Part shown: in pieces, positions 63,123-64,000 of the stretch
Layout: each line of letters opens with the position of its first letter
Numbering within the stretch: the stretch's first letter is position 1
Source: a bacterium
GTDB lineage: Bacteria; Patescibacteriota; Minisyncoccia; UBA6257; 2-01-FULL-56-20
DNA length: 64,000 bases
Assembly (NCBI GenBank): GCA_027310625.1
Contig: DAIDAM010000002.1
Location: 1,123 to 65,122 of the forward strand
Reading direction: 5' to 3'
Program-made: the position numbers and the translations under genes
Notes under the pieces: generated by a model
What the model saw: only the letters and a program-made list of their open reading frames with translations
The model's database searches: none
What the model was told of the DNA's origin: nothing

Positions 63123-64000
63123 TTATTTTAGCCCTTTTACGATTTTTTTAAACTTCTCGCCGCGGTCGGCGTAATCTTCAAACATATCGAAGCTCGTGGC
63201 GCCGGGAGAAAATATAATAGTGACCCGTGACCAGCGACCAGTGACCGGTATATTTTTAGCAAAATCATAAGCCCTGCGTACGGCCTCATTTAAATTTTTG
63301 CACATTATTACCGGTCTCTGGTCTCTAGTCCCTATTTTCTTAATTGCTCTTGCGATTTTGTTTTTATTTTCACCGAACAAAATTATCAGTTTCGTATTCG
63401 AACCCATCAACGCTCGCGCCAGCGGCTTATAGTCCAGATTTTTGTCCTGCCCGCCGGCAATTAAAATAAGTGACCTGTGACCGGCGACGGGCAACAAAGA
63501 TAATTTATTGTCTCTTGTCTCTTGTCTCTTGTTGCTAAACGCCATTATTGCCGCTATCGTCGTTTGCGGATTTGTGGACGCAGAGTCATTATAAAATTCA
63601 ATCGTCGCGGATTTACGCGGATTGTTGGGCGGATTTACGCGGATGTTATTTTTATTCGTGGCATTCGGATGTATTCGCAGATTCGGATTGCGTATTTGAC
63701 GGACGAATTCCAGGCGGTGTTCGTTGCCCCTGAAATTAACCGCAACTTCGCGAATTATTTTGTCCGGCACGCCGAGCGATTTTGCGACTGCCGCGGCCAT
63801 CACGGCGTTTTTAAAATTGTGGAAACCCTTAATCTTCAAGTCGTTCGGCGAAAATAATCTGAAGGTTTTTTCATCAACGCCGATTTTTTTACCTTTTCCG
63901 AAGTCGGCGATTTTTTTGCTTAAGGTGCTATTTTTTCCGCCCGAGGCGGAAAAGAAGAATATTTTATCGCCCGGCTTTTGATAACGCGCGATGTTTGCCT
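63123..64000 (-). CDS. murD: UDP-N-acetylmuramoyl-L-alanine--D-glutamate ligase, C-terminal two thirds (N-terminus lies beyond the window end)
   Basis: GFHNFKNAVMAAA, HRLEFV and EFYNDSASTN are Mur ligase central and C-terminal motifs. The C-terminal SFDMFEDYADRGEKF matches the MurD end. My own translation shows the reading frame stays open through position 64000. Confidence 0.8.
   Translation of the reverse strand, partial: ANIARYQKPGDKIFFFSASGGKNSTLSKKIADFGKGKKIGVDEKTFRLFSPNDLKIKGFHNFKNAVMAAAVAKSLGVPDKIIREVAVNFRGNEHRLEFVRQIRNPNLRIHPNATNKNNIRVNPPNNPRKSATIEFYNDSASTNPQTTIAAIMAFSNKRQETRDNKLSLLPVAGHRSLILIAGGQDKNLDYKPLARALMGSNTKLIILFGENKNKIARAIKKIGTRDQRPVIMCKNLNEAVRRAYDFAKNIPVTGRWSRVTIIFSPGATSFDMFEDYADRGEKFKKIVKGLK

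Overview
This 64 kb window reads like a chromosomal segment of a small-genome bacterium, about 50% GC. The gene content is most consistent with a Patescibacteria/CPR-like lineage, but that is an inference from the genes present, not a database hit. The backbone is housekeeping: gyrA, rpsO-pnp, recA, ftsK, an IscS-like cysteine desulfurase, htrA, clpB, a galU-like gene, hup, ligA, gatCA, murD, and three tRNAs (Gly-GCC, Arg, Asp-GTC). A contiguous type IV pilus/competence block spans 44.0-55.6 kb (comF, pilM, pilN/O-like, pilB, pilT, pilC, major pilin, pilD, four minor pilins) and an ECF sigma/anti-sigma pair sits at 41.0-42.8 kb. A giant cell-surface protein is followed by an orphan Avd-type four-helix-bundle gene. 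At least three things are not ordinary annotation. (1) A retron-type reverse transcriptase (21416-22354, minus strand) has a 12-nt perfect inverted repeat bracketing about 195 nt directly upstream of its ribosome-binding site, a candidate msr/msd RNA. A second, RT-less paralogous inverted-repeat-bounded element sits on the other side, in the ftsK upstream region, and no effector gene is recognisable. (2) Several families of short palindromic or tandem repeats occur both in intergenic regions and as in-frame insertions inside essential genes (gyrA, pnp, ftsK, the cysteine desulfurase, ligA, gatA, murD). This parallels Rickettsia palindromic elements. (3) There are small inverted-repeat-bounded cassettes: a hairpin element that precisely brackets a YhbQ-like GIY-YIG nuclease gene and donates start codons to downstream genes, and a GC-rich inverted-repeat-flanked element present in two copies. 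Other notes: a near-identical ~150-bp leader is repeated in front of pilN-like, pilB and pilC; pilD lacks an in-frame AUG for its conserved N-terminus; one secreted-protein gene has a clearly foreign composition; and rpsO-pnp is interrupted by GxxExxY and NYN nuclease-fold genes.
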